Notes under the pieces: model-generated
The model's input: the letters and a program-made list of their open reading frames with translations, nothing else
What the model was told of the DNA's origin: nothing
The model's database searches: none
Part shown: positions 17,203 to 27,632 of the stretch, one piece after another
How the letters are laid out: each line of letters opens with the position of its first letter
Position numbering within the stretch: position 1 is the stretch's first letter
DNA from: Candidatus Omnitrophota bacterium
GTDB lineage: Bacteria > Omnitrophota > Gorgyraeia > Zapsychrales > Fredricksoniimonadaceae
DNA length: 64,000 nucleotides
NCBI GenBank assembly: GCA_028870995.1
Contig: JAGWOI010000006.1
Coordinates: 19,514-83,513, forward strand
Direction: 5' to 3'
Translations under genes and position numbers: made by a program

Positions 17203-18975
17203 ATGGGACTGATTCCCAATGATGTCATCCAGCAGGTCATCGAACGCAGCGATATCGTTGAAGTCATCGGTAATTACACGGCCTTAAAGAAAGCGGGCCG
17301 TAATTTTAAAGCTCTTTGTCCGTTCCATCATGAAAAGACCCCGTCCTTTGTCGTTAATCCCGACAAGCAGATCTTCCATTGTTTCGGCTGCGGGGTGGGG
17401 GGCAATGCCGTCGGATTTGTCATGCGCCTGGAGCATCTGGAATTTCCGGAGGCGGTGCGTTTTCTGGCCCAAAAGGCCGGGGTTGTCGTTCCCGAAAGCG
17501 AGCCGGCCCTCTCAAGCCCCTCGCGCCAGCTGCGGGAGGAAGTCTTAAAGGTCAACAACCTGGCCGTTGGTTTTTTTCATGAAACGTTGTTAACCAGCCG
17601 CGAAGCGGACGCCAAAGTCGCCCGCGATTATCTCAAAGGCCGCGGCGTTAACTTGGACACCGTCAAAAAATTTCAATTGGGTTTCGCACCCAATGAGTGG
17701 GACGCTCTTTTAAAATATCTGAAATCCAAAGGAATCAGCGAGGAGCTTGCCTCCAAGGCGGGTTTGATCATCGCCCGGGAAGGCAAGGTGGGATATTATG
17801 ACCGGTTCCGTAACCGGGTCATATTTCCCATTGCTGATATTCAGGGCCGTTGGATGGCCTTCGGCGCACGCGCGCTCGAGGCAACCGACGGCGCCAAGTA
17901 CATCAATTCACCCGAGACACCGGTTTATACCAAGGGCCAGCATATGTTCGGCCTCTCATTAACAAAGGCCGGTGTCGGGAAATTGGATAAGATCGTTGTG
18001 GTGGAAGGCTACATGGACATGATCATGCCTTACATCCACGGGGTGGAAAACATAGCGGCCTCCTTGGGCACGGCCTTGACCGCCGACCAGATCAGACTCG
18101 TACGCCGCTATACACCCAATGTTGTGATGCTCTTTGATACGGATGCCGCGGGGCAATCCGCCATCGTGCGCAGCCTCGACCTGTTGATCGACGAGGGAAT
18201 GAACGTGAGGGTGGCCACTTTAACTCAGGGCCAGGACCCGGATTCATTCATACGCCAACAGGGAGTGGAGGCCTTTAAGGCGCGCATCGATGGTGCAGTG
18301 TCGCTTCTGGATTTCAAATTCAACTGGCTTGCGGCCCAACACGACCCACAGACGGTTGAGGGCAAATCCAAAATCAGCCAGGAGTTGCTAGCGACGATTG
18401 CCCGTTTCAAGGATGAGGTGGCCAAGTATGAATTGACCAGGGAATTGGCTAAAAAGCTGAGCATCCCCGAAGGGGTATTGCTCAAACAAGCCGACAAAGG
18501 CTTACGCCCTCCGTCATTCGAAAAGCCCGTTGCCGAAGCTCGGCTATCCGCTTCACTGGAGGAAGGCCAGGAATTATTACTGGCCCTGTTTTTAAAGGAC
18601 CCTGCGTGGGTGACAGCGGCGAAGGAAACCATCGGTCCCGAAGATTTTCCCGAGGGGCTGGCGCGTCGCATTATTGAGGCCGTGTGGTCCTTGAGTCATG
18701 AAACGGTTTCATGGTCGGTCAACGACCTGCTAATGCGCCTGCCCGATGAGCCGGCCCAGGATTTGGTGGCCAGGCTTATCAGTGTTGAAGAAAAGAAACT
18801 GGGGGACGCGGCCCTGGTTTTTCAGGATTGTGTAGGAAAAATCCGCAAGGAAAAGCAAAGAAAGGCAAGGGGCGAGTTGTTGGAAGCCATCCGCCGTGCG
18901 GAAGCCTTGCAGGACACCCGGAAATTAGAAGAGCTAAGAGAGCAGTTCAATCAGTTGCTTAAAACCAGCTGTTAA
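17203..18975 (+). CDS. dnaG: DNA primase
   Basis: The zinc-binding domain is present ([30 protein letters not shown]). A TOPRIM domain ([10 protein letters not shown]...DTDAAG) follows. It is immediately upstream of rpoD. Confidence 0.9.
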   Translation: MGLIPNDVIQQVIERSDIVEVIGNYTALKKAGRNFKALCPFHHEKTPSFVVNPDKQIFHCFGCGVGGNAVGFVMRLEHLEFPEAVRFLAQKAGVVVPESEPALSSPSRQLREEVLKVNNLAVGFFHETLLTSREADAKVARDYLKGRGVNLDTVKKFQLGFAPNEWDALLKYLKSKGISEELASKAGLIIAREGKVGYYDRFRNRVIFPIADIQGRWMAFGARALEATDGAKYINSPETPVYTKGQHMFGLSLTKAGVGKLDKIVVVEGYMDMIMPYIHGVENIAASLGTALTADQIRLVRRYTPNVVMLFDTDAAGQSAIVRSLDLLIDEGMNVRVATLTQGQDPDSFIRQQGVEAFKARIDGAVSLLDFKFNWLAAQHDPQTVEGKSKISQELLATIARFKDEVAKYELTRELAKKLSIPEGVLLKQADKGLRPPSFEKPVAEARLSASLEEGQELLLALFLKDPAWVTAAKETIGPEDFPEGLARRIIEAVWSLSHETVSWSVNDLLMRLPDEPAQDLVARLISVEEKKLGDAALVFQDCVGKIRKEKQRKARGELLEAIRRAEALQDTRKLEELREQFNQLLKTSC

Positions 18976-18988
18976 TATTGAGGAAAAT

Positions 18989-20587
18989 ATGAAAGAACCG
19001 GTCAAACAAGAACCAAAAGATTTGCAGGGTGATTTGGACAAGTTGGTGACGCTGGGCAAAAAGAAGGGCTTTTTGACCTATGAAGACGTCAATGAGACTT
19101 TGTCTGACGCCATCGATTCTTCCGAAGACATCGACCAGGTCTTCGACGTGCTTGACGGCCAGGACATCAAGGTGGTCGATTCCGGCGAGGAAACGCCGGT
19201 CATTGAGGCCGAAACGGAAGAAAGCCGGGAGCAGCAGGTACGCCGCCTGCGGGAGGAGAACAAGGAAGACGATGTTTATTCCGACAAGTTCATTCCTTTG
19301 GATGACCCGGTGAAGATGTATTTGAAGCAGATGGGCTCCATTCCGCTGTTGACCCGCGAGGAAGAGATCGCCCTGGCCAAGCGCATCGAAGAAGCGGAAC
19401 TGCGCTTTGCCGAGAGCCTGTTTAAGACCTATTATGCCCGCAAAGAGGCGTTGTCCATCATCAACCAGGTCTTGCGCGAAGAGATCAATGCGGAAGACGT
19501 CATTAAAGATGAGCTGGAACGCCGCGGCCGCCTGATGAAGGATTTGGCCAAGATCATGGAACATGTCCGCCATACCAGGGTAGGATCTGACATTTCCGCC
19601 AAATCCATCGCGGAATTCAAGCTGACCTCAACCATCAATGAAGAGATCGTCATTAAGATTTCCGATTTGATCAGCAATATCGAGCGTCTGGAAAGGCACT
19701 TGAAGGGCAAGAAGTCGGGCGCCAATGCCAGCGAGCTTAAAAAGCAATTGGCCAGCCTTGAAAAAGAACTGGGCGAACCGGTATCCAAGGTCAAGGAGCA
19801 GCTGCGCGAGATCAAGACCCGCCAGTCGCGTTTCAACAAGGCCAAGAAGCTTTTGGTTGAAGCCAACCTGAGGCTGGTTGTGTCCATCGCCAAGAAATAT
19901 ATCAACCGCGGGCTGTCTTTCTTGGATTTGATCCAGGAAGGCAATATGGGTTTGATCCGCGCGGTCGAGAAATTTGAATACAAGCGCGGCTACAAGTTCT
20001 CCACCTACGCCACTTGGTGGATCAGACAGGCCATCACACGTTCCATCGCGGACCAGGCCCGCACCATCCGCATTCCGGTGCACATGACCGAGACCATCAA
20101 CAAGATCATCCGCGTCTCGCGCGTGTTCGTTCAGGAATACGGCCGCGAGCCTTCGGCCCAGGAAATCGCCAAGGAAATGCGCCTGCCGGTCAACAAGGTG
20201 AAGGAGATCCTCAAGATCTCCCAGGTGCCCATTTCCCTGCAAACGCCTATCGGCGATGAGGGGGACACGCATTTCGGGGACTTCATCGAGGACAAAAAAG
20301 CCGTTTCCCCGGCCAACGCCACCTTGCATTCCATGCTTAAGGAAGAGATCACCTCGGTGTTGTCGACCCTGGATGACCGTGAACGTAAGATCCTGGAATT
20401 GCGTTTCGGGATCGTGGACGGCACTTCCCGCACCCTGGAGGAAGTGGGAGCGGAATTCAATGTCACCCGCGAACGCGTGCGCCAGATCGAGTCCAAGGCC
20501 TTGCGCAAACTGCGCCATCCCACGCGCTCCCGCCGCATCAAGTCCTTTTTGGATATGGCGGCCAAGGAAGCTGAAGCAGTTATTTAA
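18989..20587 (+). CDS. rpoD: RNA polymerase primary sigma factor (sigma70)
   Basis: It has an acidic region 1.1. Region 2 ([16 protein letters not shown]...[14 protein letters not shown]) and regions 3 and 4 (TLEEVG...TRERVRQIE) are present. It follows dnaG in the classic gene order. Confidence 0.95.
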   Translation: MKEPVKQEPKDLQGDLDKLVTLGKKKGFLTYEDVNETLSDAIDSSEDIDQVFDVLDGQDIKVVDSGEETPVIEAETEESREQQVRRLREENKEDDVYSDKFIPLDDPVKMYLKQMGSIPLLTREEEIALAKRIEEAELRFAESLFKTYYARKEALSIINQVLREEINAEDVIKDELERRGRLMKDLAKIMEHVRHTRVGSDISAKSIAEFKLTSTINEEIVIKISDLISNIERLERHLKGKKSGANASELKKQLASLEKELGEPVSKVKEQLREIKTRQSRFNKAKKLLVEANLRLVVSIAKKYINRGLSFLDLIQEGNMGLIRAVEKFEYKRGYKFSTYATWWIRQAITRSIADQARTIRIPVHMTETINKIIRVSRVFVQEYGREPSAQEIAKEMRLPVNKVKEILKISQVPISLQTPIGDEGDTHFGDFIEDKKAVSPANATLHSMLKEEITSVLSTLDDRERKILELRFGIVDGTSRTLEEVGAEFNVTRERVRQIESKALRKLRHPTRSRRIKSFLDMAAKEAEAVI

Positions 20588-20595
20588 AAGGAATG

Positions 20596-20630
20596 AAAAA
20601 GGGGGGCACTTGAGTGTCCCCCTTTTTTTA
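20596..20630 (+). terminator. Rho-independent terminator after rpoD
   Basis: The sequence is AAAAAGGGGGGCAC-ttga-GTGTCCCCCTTTTTTTA: a 9-bp GC-rich stem (with one G·U pair), a 4-nt loop, then a 7-T run. Confidence 0.75.
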
Positions 20631-20634
20631 TCAT

Positions 20635-21315
20635 ATGTCGTCCATTGATTCCCGTATTGCATTAGTCATCACCGACAAAGAAACCAATGCCCAAATTAAA
20701 AGTTTGGACCTGGGGCTTCTTGAACTGCGGGTGGACCTGTTCCACAAACTCGATCCTGACTATATTGTCGATCAGATCAAGCGCCGCAGGCTCCTCGAAA
20801 AGCCGCTACTCTTGACCGTGCGCAACCAGAAGCAGGAGGGGGCACCGCGCACTTTTTCTGACGAACTTAAGTTGCAGATCATCACCGTCGCCTTGCCTTT
20901 GGTGGATATGGTGGACATCGAATTAAGCTCCCGTCTGTTAAAACAGGTGGTGGCCCAGGCCCGCAAGCTTAAAAAGAAGGTCATTGTTTCCAGTCATTTT
21001 CTCAAGGCTACCCCTAAGAATTTGGAAGCTGTTTTCAAAAAATCCCAGAAAGCCGGCGGGGATTTTGTCAAGATCGCGGCCAAGGCCAATGCTTTCGATG
21101 ATGTGATGGCCATGCTGGAGTTTACCCGCCGCCATCTCAAGGCCAATCTCATCACCATGTCGCTGGGGCCCAAGGGTACCGTCTCGCGCCTGCTTTTCCC
21201 GGCCGCCGGCAGCCGCTACACCTACACCTTCCTGACCAAGCCTTCGGCAGAAGGCCAGATCGATGTGCTGACTTTAAAATCCCATCTGAAGCTTTATTAT
21301 TCCCATATTGAATAA
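20635..21315 (+). CDS. aroD: Type I 3-dehydroquinate dehydratase. I moved the start to the ATG at 20635, because the ORF-track start lies inside the rpoD terminator.
   Basis: It carries LELRVDLF, which matches the type I DHQase E-x-R-x-D motif. A Lys-containing segment (DFVKIAAKANAF) is consistent with the Schiff-base lysine. Confidence 0.6.
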   Translation: MSSIDSRIALVITDKETNAQIKSLDLGLLELRVDLFHKLDPDYIVDQIKRRRLLEKPLLLTVRNQKQEGAPRTFSDELKLQIITVALPLVDMVDIELSSRLLKQVVAQARKLKKKVIVSSHFLKATPKNLEAVFKKSQKAGGDFVKIAAKANAFDDVMAMLEFTRRHLKANLITMSLGPKGTVSRLLFPAAGSRYTYTFLTKPSAEGQIDVLTLKSHLKLYYSHIE

Positions 21316-21342
21316 GTTTGGCCGAGCCTTTATCATATAGGC

Positions 21343-22728
21343 ATGGCGGACCAAGACGTCAATGCCCGTTACCGCGCTTATGTGGACGATCTTCTTCTTA
21401 ACCGCATTCGCATTATGGGAGCGGTCGGTATCGTCGTGCACCTGGTCTTTAATGTTCTGGACTGGGTGGCCTATCCTTCCCTTGCCGTTCTTTTTTTAAA
21501 ACTGCGCATCATTGATTCCTTCCTGACGGCCATCCTTTTGATCATCATAAGCGCCAAAAGATTAAGGCCCTGGGTCATTCATATGACAGATGTTATAGGG
21601 ACAATGTTCACCGGGGGCATTATCCTGATGATTTTCTTGGCGGATGGTTCGGCCAGCCGCTATTACGAAGGAGTGAACCTTGTTTTTCTTGGTTTCGGCG
21701 TGGTCAATCCCTTTTATACCAAGCACAATATTTTTTGTTTCGTGCTCTGGATAGCGCTTTATGAAGCGGCGGCCTTGTTCAGCCACAGCCCGTTTCATTT
21801 GATCAATTTCGCCTTTGCCAACCTGTTCATGTGGTCAACGGCCCTGTTTGTCGTGCTCTGGACCACCTTTTACAATATCCAGCACCGCCAGCTGTTCCTG
21901 CGCCATGAAGAGCTCAAGTCCGTTCAGGCCCAGCTGGTCCAGTCAGAAAAAATGGCCTCCATCGGCCAGCTGGCGGCCGGCGTGGCCCATGAGATCAATA
22001 ATCCGCTTGGCTTTATCGGCAATAATACCGAAATCCTGGGGCAATATTTCGGGGATTATGCCAAAATCTTAAAGATGCTGGAAGATTTAAAGAAGAATAT
22101 CGAAGAAGGACGTATCGAGGAGGCGAAAGCCCTTATCGCGCAAATCAACCGGTTTGAGCAGGAGATCCAATTGGATTATGTCATGAATGATGTCGGCACG
22201 CTCCTGCAGCATAATATTAAAGGCATTGAACGCATCCAGAAGATCGTCCTGGATTTAAGGACCTTTGCCCATGAGGGCGGAGATATCATGGATTTGGCCA
22301 GGGTTGAGGACATCATGGACAGTGTCATCAATATCGTCCATAACGAAATCAAATATAAAGCGGAACTAAAAAAAACTTACGGGCAGACCCCGCCGGTCAA
22401 ATGCAACCCGCAAAAAATAGGCCAGGTATTTATTAATTTACTGATCAATGCCGCCCAGGCCATTGAGAAAACAGGGACCATTGAGGTCAAGACATACCGT
22501 CAGCAAGGGTATGCGTGCATCGATGTCCGGGATACCGGCCATGGGATCAAAGAAGAGTATTTAAAAAAGATATTCGAACCCTTCTTTACCACCAAACCGG
22601 TGGGTAAAGGCACTGGGCTTGGCTTAAGCGTTAGTTATGAAATCATCAAAAAACACGGAGGGCAGATAAAGGTCCAGTCCCAATTAGGGCAGGGGACGAC
22701 CTTTACGGTCATGCTTCCGTCGACTTAA
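21343..22728 (+). CDS. Sensor histidine kinase with a multi-TM N-terminal sensor
   Basis: The N-terminus has 6-7 TM segments. An H-box ([25 protein letters not shown]) follows, then the N, G1 and G2 boxes of the HATPase_c domain (NLLINAAQA...DTGHGI...GTGLGLSVS). Confidence 0.8.
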   Translation: MADQDVNARYRAYVDDLLLNRIRIMGAVGIVVHLVFNVLDWVAYPSLAVLFLKLRIIDSFLTAILLIIISAKRLRPWVIHMTDVIGTMFTGGIILMIFLADGSASRYYEGVNLVFLGFGVVNPFYTKHNIFCFVLWIALYEAAALFSHSPFHLINFAFANLFMWSTALFVVLWTTFYNIQHRQLFLRHEELKSVQAQLVQSEKMASIGQLAAGVAHEINNPLGFIGNNTEILGQYFGDYAKILKMLEDLKKNIEEGRIEEAKALIAQINRFEQEIQLDYVMNDVGTLLQHNIKGIERIQKIVLDLRTFAHEGGDIMDLARVEDIMDSVINIVHNEIKYKAELKKTYGQTPPVKCNPQKIGQVFINLLINAAQAIEKTGTIEVKTYRQQGYACIDVRDTGHGIKEEYLKKIFEPFFTTKPVGKGTGLGLSVSYEIIKKHGGQIKVQSQLGQGTTFTVMLPST

Positions 22729-22810
22729 AATTCTATAATATTTTTATATTGGAATATTCGGATAATATAAAATAATTCAAAGAATATTTTTCCAAACGGA
22801 CTCGAGTTTT

Positions 22811-24790
22811 ATGACGCTAAAGTACAAATTAACATTTATGATCATGGCCTTTAGTATCGCTTCCCTGCTGGCGGCAAGCACCGCCTTTATGGTTTATGAT
22901 CTCAATGTTTTTAAATCAAGGATGATCAGGGACCTGGGCGCCCTGGCCCAGATCATAGGGAATAATGCCTCGACGGCCATCCAGTCTGATGACCAGCAAA
23001 CGGCCAGGACGATCCTTTCCGCGCTTAAGGCCAAGCCGCACATAGTGGCCGCATACCTGTTGAAACCGGACGGGACCAGGATCGCAGCTTACAATCGTGA
23101 CAAGAACGAGCCCCAACTGACAGCTCTTTACAGCAGCGAAGGAGGGTTTTTTGCCAACAATCGCTTTACTTTGTTCAAGAGCATTCTTTTAAGAAATAAA
23201 AAGATCGGCAGTATCTACATTGAATCCGATCCTGGTGAATTCTATGTCCGCTTGCGGTATAATTTGATGGCCTTGGCCGTCATTATTTTGGCGGTTTCAA
23301 TAGGGGTTTTCCTGACAGCGTCGCTGCTGCAGGGATTGATTTCCGAGCCGATCCTTCAACTGGTCCAGACCACCAAAAACGTCTCCCAAACTCAGAATTA
23401 TTCCATTGAACTGCCCCGGCAGGGTCGTGATGAGATCGGCCAGCTTTTTGAGGGGTTTAACCAGATGATGAGGCAGATCCAACTTCGGGATGTGCAGTTG
23501 ACCGAGGCCAAAAAGGACCTGGAGCAGCGCGTTTTGAAACGTACCGAAGAGCTAAGGAAGACCAACGAAGAACTCACCCAGTTGCTGTCCCTGCATGACG
23601 CCACCCTGGAAGCCACCGCCGACGGCATTCTGGTGGTCGATTTAAAGGGGCGCGTCATGAGCTACAACAGTAATTTTTTGAAATTGTGGAAGATGCCCGA
23701 TTCGGTGGCCGCTGGAGGGGAAGACGAAAAGCTTATCATGTATTCCCGTAATCAGGTGGCGGACCAGGAGCATTTCGTGAACGTCATCCGCGAACACTAC
23801 GCACATCCGGAAGAATCCTATTATGACCTTTTGGAACTCAAAGACGGCAGGACCTTTGAGAGGGCTTCCCGCCCCCAGAAGGTCGGGGATAAGGTCGTGG
23901 GGCGGGTCTGGAGTTTTCATGATATCACCAAACGCAAACGCTATGAAGAAGAGATCAAAAGGGCCTATGAAGAACTTAAAACCATCCAGGCCCAGCTCAT
24001 CCAATCGGAGAAAATGGCCTCCATCGGCCAACTGGCGGCCGGCGTGGCCCATGAAATCAACAACCCCGTGGGTTTTATCGGCAATAACCTGGAACTTTTG
24101 ACGCAGTATATCGGTGAGTATAACAAGATCCTCCGGATGCTGGAAATCCTTAAGGAAGAGTTCCACGAGGGCAAGATGGAAAAGGCCAAAGCGGTGATTG
24201 AGGAAATAGATCGGTTCCAGGAAGAAATTCAACTGGACTATGTGATGAGCGATATCGATAAATTATTGGAACATAATCACCGGGGGATCGAACGCATCCA
24301 GAAAATCGTCATGGATTTGAAGACCTTTGCCCACGAAGGCAAGGATGCCATGGATTATGTCAAAGTGGAAGATATTATCGACAGTGTCACCAGTATTGTC
24401 CATAACGAGCTTAAATACAAGGCCGAGCTCGTCAAGAATTACGGCCAGACACCCAAGGTCAAATGCAGTCCTCAGCGCATAGGGCAGGTGTTCATTAATC
24501 TGCTGGTGAATGCCGCCCAGGCCATCAAAGACAAGGGGACGATCGAAATTACGACTTACTGCCGTGATAATTATGTTGGCGTCGATGTCAAGGACACCGG
24601 CGAGGGCATTAAGGAAGAGTATCTAAAGAAAATATTTGATCCGTTCTTTACGACTAAACCGGTCGGGAAGGGGACCGGCTTAGGCTTAAGCGTCAGCCAC
24701 GAAATCATCAAAAAGCACCAGGGAGATATCCGGGTCCTCTCCAAAGTGGGCGAGGGAACCACCTTTACGGTTCTGTTGCCGACCGCCTAG
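22811..24790 (+). CDS. Sensor histidine kinase with a periplasmic sensor, HAMP and PAS domains. Its catalytic core is paralogous to the upstream kinase.
   Basis: It has TM1, a ~130-aa periplasmic domain, TM2, a HAMP-like linker and a PAS-like segment. The H-box ([25 protein letters not shown]) and HATPase_c domain are near-identical to the upstream ORF. Confidence 0.8.
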   Translation: MTLKYKLTFMIMAFSIASLLAASTAFMVYDLNVFKSRMIRDLGALAQIIGNNASTAIQSDDQQTARTILSALKAKPHIVAAYLLKPDGTRIAAYNRDKNEPQLTALYSSEGGFFANNRFTLFKSILLRNKKIGSIYIESDPGEFYVRLRYNLMALAVIILAVSIGVFLTASLLQGLISEPILQLVQTTKNVSQTQNYSIELPRQGRDEIGQLFEGFNQMMRQIQLRDVQLTEAKKDLEQRVLKRTEELRKTNEELTQLLSLHDATLEATADGILVVDLKGRVMSYNSNFLKLWKMPDSVAAGGEDEKLIMYSRNQVADQEHFVNVIREHYAHPEESYYDLLELKDGRTFERASRPQKVGDKVVGRVWSFHDITKRKRYEEEIKRAYEELKTIQAQLIQSEKMASIGQLAAGVAHEINNPVGFIGNNLELLTQYIGEYNKILRMLEILKEEFHEGKMEKAKAVIEEIDRFQEEIQLDYVMSDIDKLLEHNHRGIERIQKIVMDLKTFAHEGKDAMDYVKVEDIIDSVTSIVHNELKYKAELVKNYGQTPKVKCSPQRIGQVFINLLVNAAQAIKDKGTIEITTYCRDNYVGVDVKDTGEGIKEEYLKKIFDPFFTTKPVGKGTGLGLSVSHEIIKKHQGDIRVLSKVGEGTTFTVLLPTA

Positions 24791-24809
24791 TATACTGTGT
24801 GCCCCTGCC

Positions 24810-24838
24810 TTGACAACCCTGCTTTTATCGGGTATATT
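24810..24838 (+). promoter_or_regulatory. Candidate sigma70 promoter for the response-regulator gene set
   Basis: TTGACA at 24810-24815 is followed by a 17-nt spacer and TATATT at 24833-24838, lying between the second kinase and the first response regulator. Confidence 0.3.
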
Positions 24839-24913
24839 TCAAAATAGGAGAACTAAGAAAAACAGGAGATTCGTAATTAATAAGAGAATCCCATTAATTC
24901 CAAAGGAGATTCT

Positions 24914-25303
24914 ATGGCCAAGATATTAATCGTTGACGATGACCAGAACCTGACCTATGTCACCAAGATGGCCTTGGACCAGCAAGGCTATGGTGTGGCG
25001 GTCTGTCACCGTGCCGATCAATTGGCCAATGAGATCCTGGAGAAAAAACCCGACCTGATTTTGATGGACATCATGATGCCGGGAGTCAGCGGTGCGGAGG
25101 CCGTCCGGACTCTCAGGAAGGACCCTCATTCAAAAAATATTCCCGTTATTTTTCTGACCGGTTTGATTTCCAGCAATGAAGATGATGTGGAGCAGACGGG
25201 GATCAATATTGACGGAACCATCTACCAGACACTGGGCAAGCCCTACGAGATCAATGATTTATTAAAAGCGGTAAAGGATAATCTGGCCCGGTCATCGAGG
25301 TAA
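24914..25303 (+). CDS. Single-domain (CheY-like) response regulator
   Basis: The receiver domain has DDD at its N-terminus, a phospho-acceptor context (DLILMDIMMPGVSG) and a conserved Lys region (GKPYE). It has no output domain. It is a paralogue of the ORF at 28416. Confidence 0.8.
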   Translation: MAKILIVDDDQNLTYVTKMALDQQGYGVAVCHRADQLANEILEKKPDLILMDIMMPGVSGAEAVRTLRKDPHSKNIPVIFLTGLISSNEDDVEQTGINIDGTIYQTLGKPYEINDLLKAVKDNLARSSR

Positions 25304-25308
25304 AGCCG

Positions 25309-25890
25309 ATGGAACGAAAAGCGTTGACCACTTATGAAGTTGCCCGGTACTGCCATGTAACCCCCCGCACCGCCAACCAATGGATCAACGAAGGCAAGCT
25401 GAAAGCCTACCGCACTCCGGGAAAGCACAGCCGGGTCGAAGTGAAAGATTTTTTGGATTTTTTGGCGCAATACAATATGCCGGTCCCTGATGAGTTAATG
25501 TCATCGAGAGAGATCAGAAAACGGATATTGATTGTCGATGATGATAGGGGGATCGTGGATTCCATCCGGCGGTTTCTGGTCAGGGAAAAGGTTTACGCCA
25601 TCGAGATCGCCTATGACGGCTTCGAGGCGGGCCAGAAATTCACCGCTTTCAAACCGGATCTGGTCATTTTGGACATCAAGATGCCCGGCTTAAACGGCTA
25701 TGAGGTTTGTTCCCGTCTCCGTACTAACCCCCAGAACAAGAATGTGAGCATTCTGCTTATTTCGGGAATCACTGACCAGTCCGGTTTGAGCCAGGCCAGG
25801 GGCGCCGGAGCGGATGACTATCTTGAAAAGCCGTTCAGCAACGCTTCCTTGAAGCAGAATATAGAGGCCCTTTTAAAGGTAACAGCATGA
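25309..25890 (+). CDS. HTH (MerR/excisionase-type) DNA-binding domain fused to a C-terminal receiver domain
   Basis: The N-terminus carries a short HTH (LTTYEVARYCHVTPRTANQWINEGKLKAYRTPGKHSRV). The C-terminal REC has the acidic pocket (ILIVDDD) and a phospho-acceptor Asp (DLVILDIKMPG). This order is the reverse of canonical REC-then-DNA-binding regulators. Confidence 0.6.
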   Translation: MERKALTTYEVARYCHVTPRTANQWINEGKLKAYRTPGKHSRVEVKDFLDFLAQYNMPVPDELMSSREIRKRILIVDDDRGIVDSIRRFLVREKVYAIEIAYDGFEAGQKFTAFKPDLVILDIKMPGLNGYEVCSRLRTNPQNKNVSILLISGITDQSGLSQARGAGADDYLEKPFSNASLKQNIEALLKVTA

Positions 25891-25926
25891 AGTCTGCTGT
25901 AATTAAAGAATTGGAAGGAGCCGTCC

Positions 25927-26394
25927 ATGGTCGATATAAAGAAAGTGGAACATCGTTCTAAAAACGTCAAAGCCAAGGATTTGATGTCCCGTTTTGCCAT
26001 CACCATCAAGGAAGGCGAGTCAGTCATGAATCTCGCGCATTTGATGATGCGGTTTAAAATCAGCGGTGTGCCTGTTGCGGACAAAAATGGGGAAATCTGC
26101 GGCATCGCCACTGCCACGGACCTGTTCAATTTGATGAAAAAGATCGTCATCGACATCGACCAGGGAAAAAGCCCGCTTCATTATTCGGGCTTGAGGGTTG
26201 CTGAGATCATGACGAAGGATGTCGTGACAATCACGGAAGAAACCAGCCTTTACGAGATGATGAAGATCATGTGTGACAAGAATATCCATACCCTGCCGGT
26301 CATGGTGATTTCCAAGAAGGAAATCGTCGGAGTGATCGGCCGGAGGGACATCATCAATGCCTTTTATGTCGGATTAAACGACCGAAAGCCTTAG
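25927..26394 (+). CDS. CBS-pair domain protein
   Basis: Two tandem CBS motifs are present (FAITIKEGESVMNLAHLMMRFKISGVPVADKNGEICGIAT and IMTKDVVTITEETSLYEMMKIMCDKNIHTLPVM...VGVIGRRDI). Confidence 0.75.
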   Translation: MVDIKKVEHRSKNVKAKDLMSRFAITIKEGESVMNLAHLMMRFKISGVPVADKNGEICGIATATDLFNLMKKIVIDIDQGKSPLHYSGLRVAEIMTKDVVTITEETSLYEMMKIMCDKNIHTLPVMVISKKEIVGVIGRRDIINAFYVGLNDRKP

Positions 26395-26408
26395 AAAGGG
26401 GTGGCCCC

Positions 26409-27572
26409 ATGCCCAACAAGGAAATCCAAGTCCTGTTTTTGGACGATGAGCAAAGCATCGTCGACGGTCTCCAGCGGTTGTTTATGCGGGAATCCTTCGG
26501 TGTTTTTGCCACCACCAATGTCAATGAAGCCAGGGATGTCCTGGCCAAGGAAAAGGTCAAGGTGGTGGTCAGCGATTACCGCATGCCGGAGGTTTCGGGG
26601 GTCAAGTTTTTAGGGGAAGTCAAAGACAAGTACCCTGATGTGGTCAAAATCCTTTTTACAGGCTACACCGATTTTTCCGCCGCCGAGGAGGCCATCAATG
26701 TGGGCGAGGTGTACCGTTTCATCAGTAAGCCCTGGAAGACGACGGAATTGCTGCACACCATCCGCCAGAGCATCGAGCACTACGACCTGGTGCTGGAGGC
26801 CAAGACCAAGAGGGAGGAATTGGAGATCAGCAACAAGAAATTGAAGGCCATGTATGAAATACAAAAAGAGTTCACCTCCACCGTTTCCCATGAATTGAGG
26901 ACACCATTAGCCTCCATCAAGACCGGGGTTGACCTTGTGATCAAGAAAATGGTGGGCGAGCTTAATCCCCAACAGGAGGACATCCTGGGGCGGGTCAAGA
27001 CCGAGGTGGACCGCCTCAAGAGGCTCATCAATGATATCCTGGACTTGACCAAGATGGAGTCTGGAAAACTCCAGATGAATTTCATGCCCAACAACGTCAA
27101 TAACGTCGTCAAACAGACCGTGGAATCCCAGAAAGACGTCGCGCAGACTAAGGGGCTTTATCTGAAAACGGAATTGGATGAAAGTCTCCCCCTGGTGCCT
27201 TTTGACAATGACCGTCTTGTCCAGGTCATGAATAACCTTTTAAGTAATGCCATCAAATTCACCAAACAGGGAGGCATTACCGTGTCCACGGCCAATAAAT
27301 CCGCGAATAACCACATCCTGGTTTGCGTCAAGGACACCGGCAAAGGGATCGCAGAATCCGACCAGCCCAAGTTGTTCGGGAAATTCCAGCAAATCGAGTC
27401 CGTGGAAAAGAATGAAGAAGGGGGCACCGGCCTTGGGCTTGCCATCTGCAAGGAAATCGTCGAGCGCCATGGCGGGAAAATTTGGGTGGAATCAAAGGTC
27501 GGGGAGGGGACGACCTTCGCTTTTATTTTGCCTATTCAAGAAAGAAGGTCGCCCGATGTGGTTAAAGTTTAA
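26409..27572 (+). CDS. Hybrid protein: N-terminal receiver domain plus histidine kinase core (REC-HisKA-HATPase)
   Basis: The REC domain has FLDDEQ...VVSDYRMPEVSG...KP. HisKA carries the H-box (SHELRTPLASI). The HATPase_c domain has N and G boxes (NLLSNAIKFT...DTGKGI...GTGLGLAICKEIV). Confidence 0.8.
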   Translation: MPNKEIQVLFLDDEQSIVDGLQRLFMRESFGVFATTNVNEARDVLAKEKVKVVVSDYRMPEVSGVKFLGEVKDKYPDVVKILFTGYTDFSAAEEAINVGEVYRFISKPWKTTELLHTIRQSIEHYDLVLEAKTKREELEISNKKLKAMYEIQKEFTSTVSHELRTPLASIKTGVDLVIKKMVGELNPQQEDILGRVKTEVDRLKRLINDILDLTKMESGKLQMNFMPNNVNNVVKQTVESQKDVAQTKGLYLKTELDESLPLVPFDNDRLVQVMNNLLSNAIKFTKQGGITVSTANKSANNHILVCVKDTGKGIAESDQPKLFGKFQQIESVEKNEEGGTGLGLAICKEIVERHGGKIWVESKVGEGTTFAFILPIQERRSPDVVKV

Positions 27573-27632
27573 GTAAGGGGACAAATTTATTAACCTGTTA
27601 AATTTATTAACTGTGAGAAGGGAGAATACGCT

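Noticed and set aside
20614-20634. ORF-track start of aroD at 20614 (MSPFFYH...)
   Set aside because: This start codon lies inside the stem-loop and T-run of the rpoD intrinsic terminator. The ATG at 20635 gives a sensible DHQase N-terminus.
19628-20662. 344-aa minus-strand ORF (and 19432-19983) antisense to rpoD
   Set aside because: rpoD is unambiguous on the + strand. The antisense ORF is Gly/Arg/Asp-rich with no recognisable domain.
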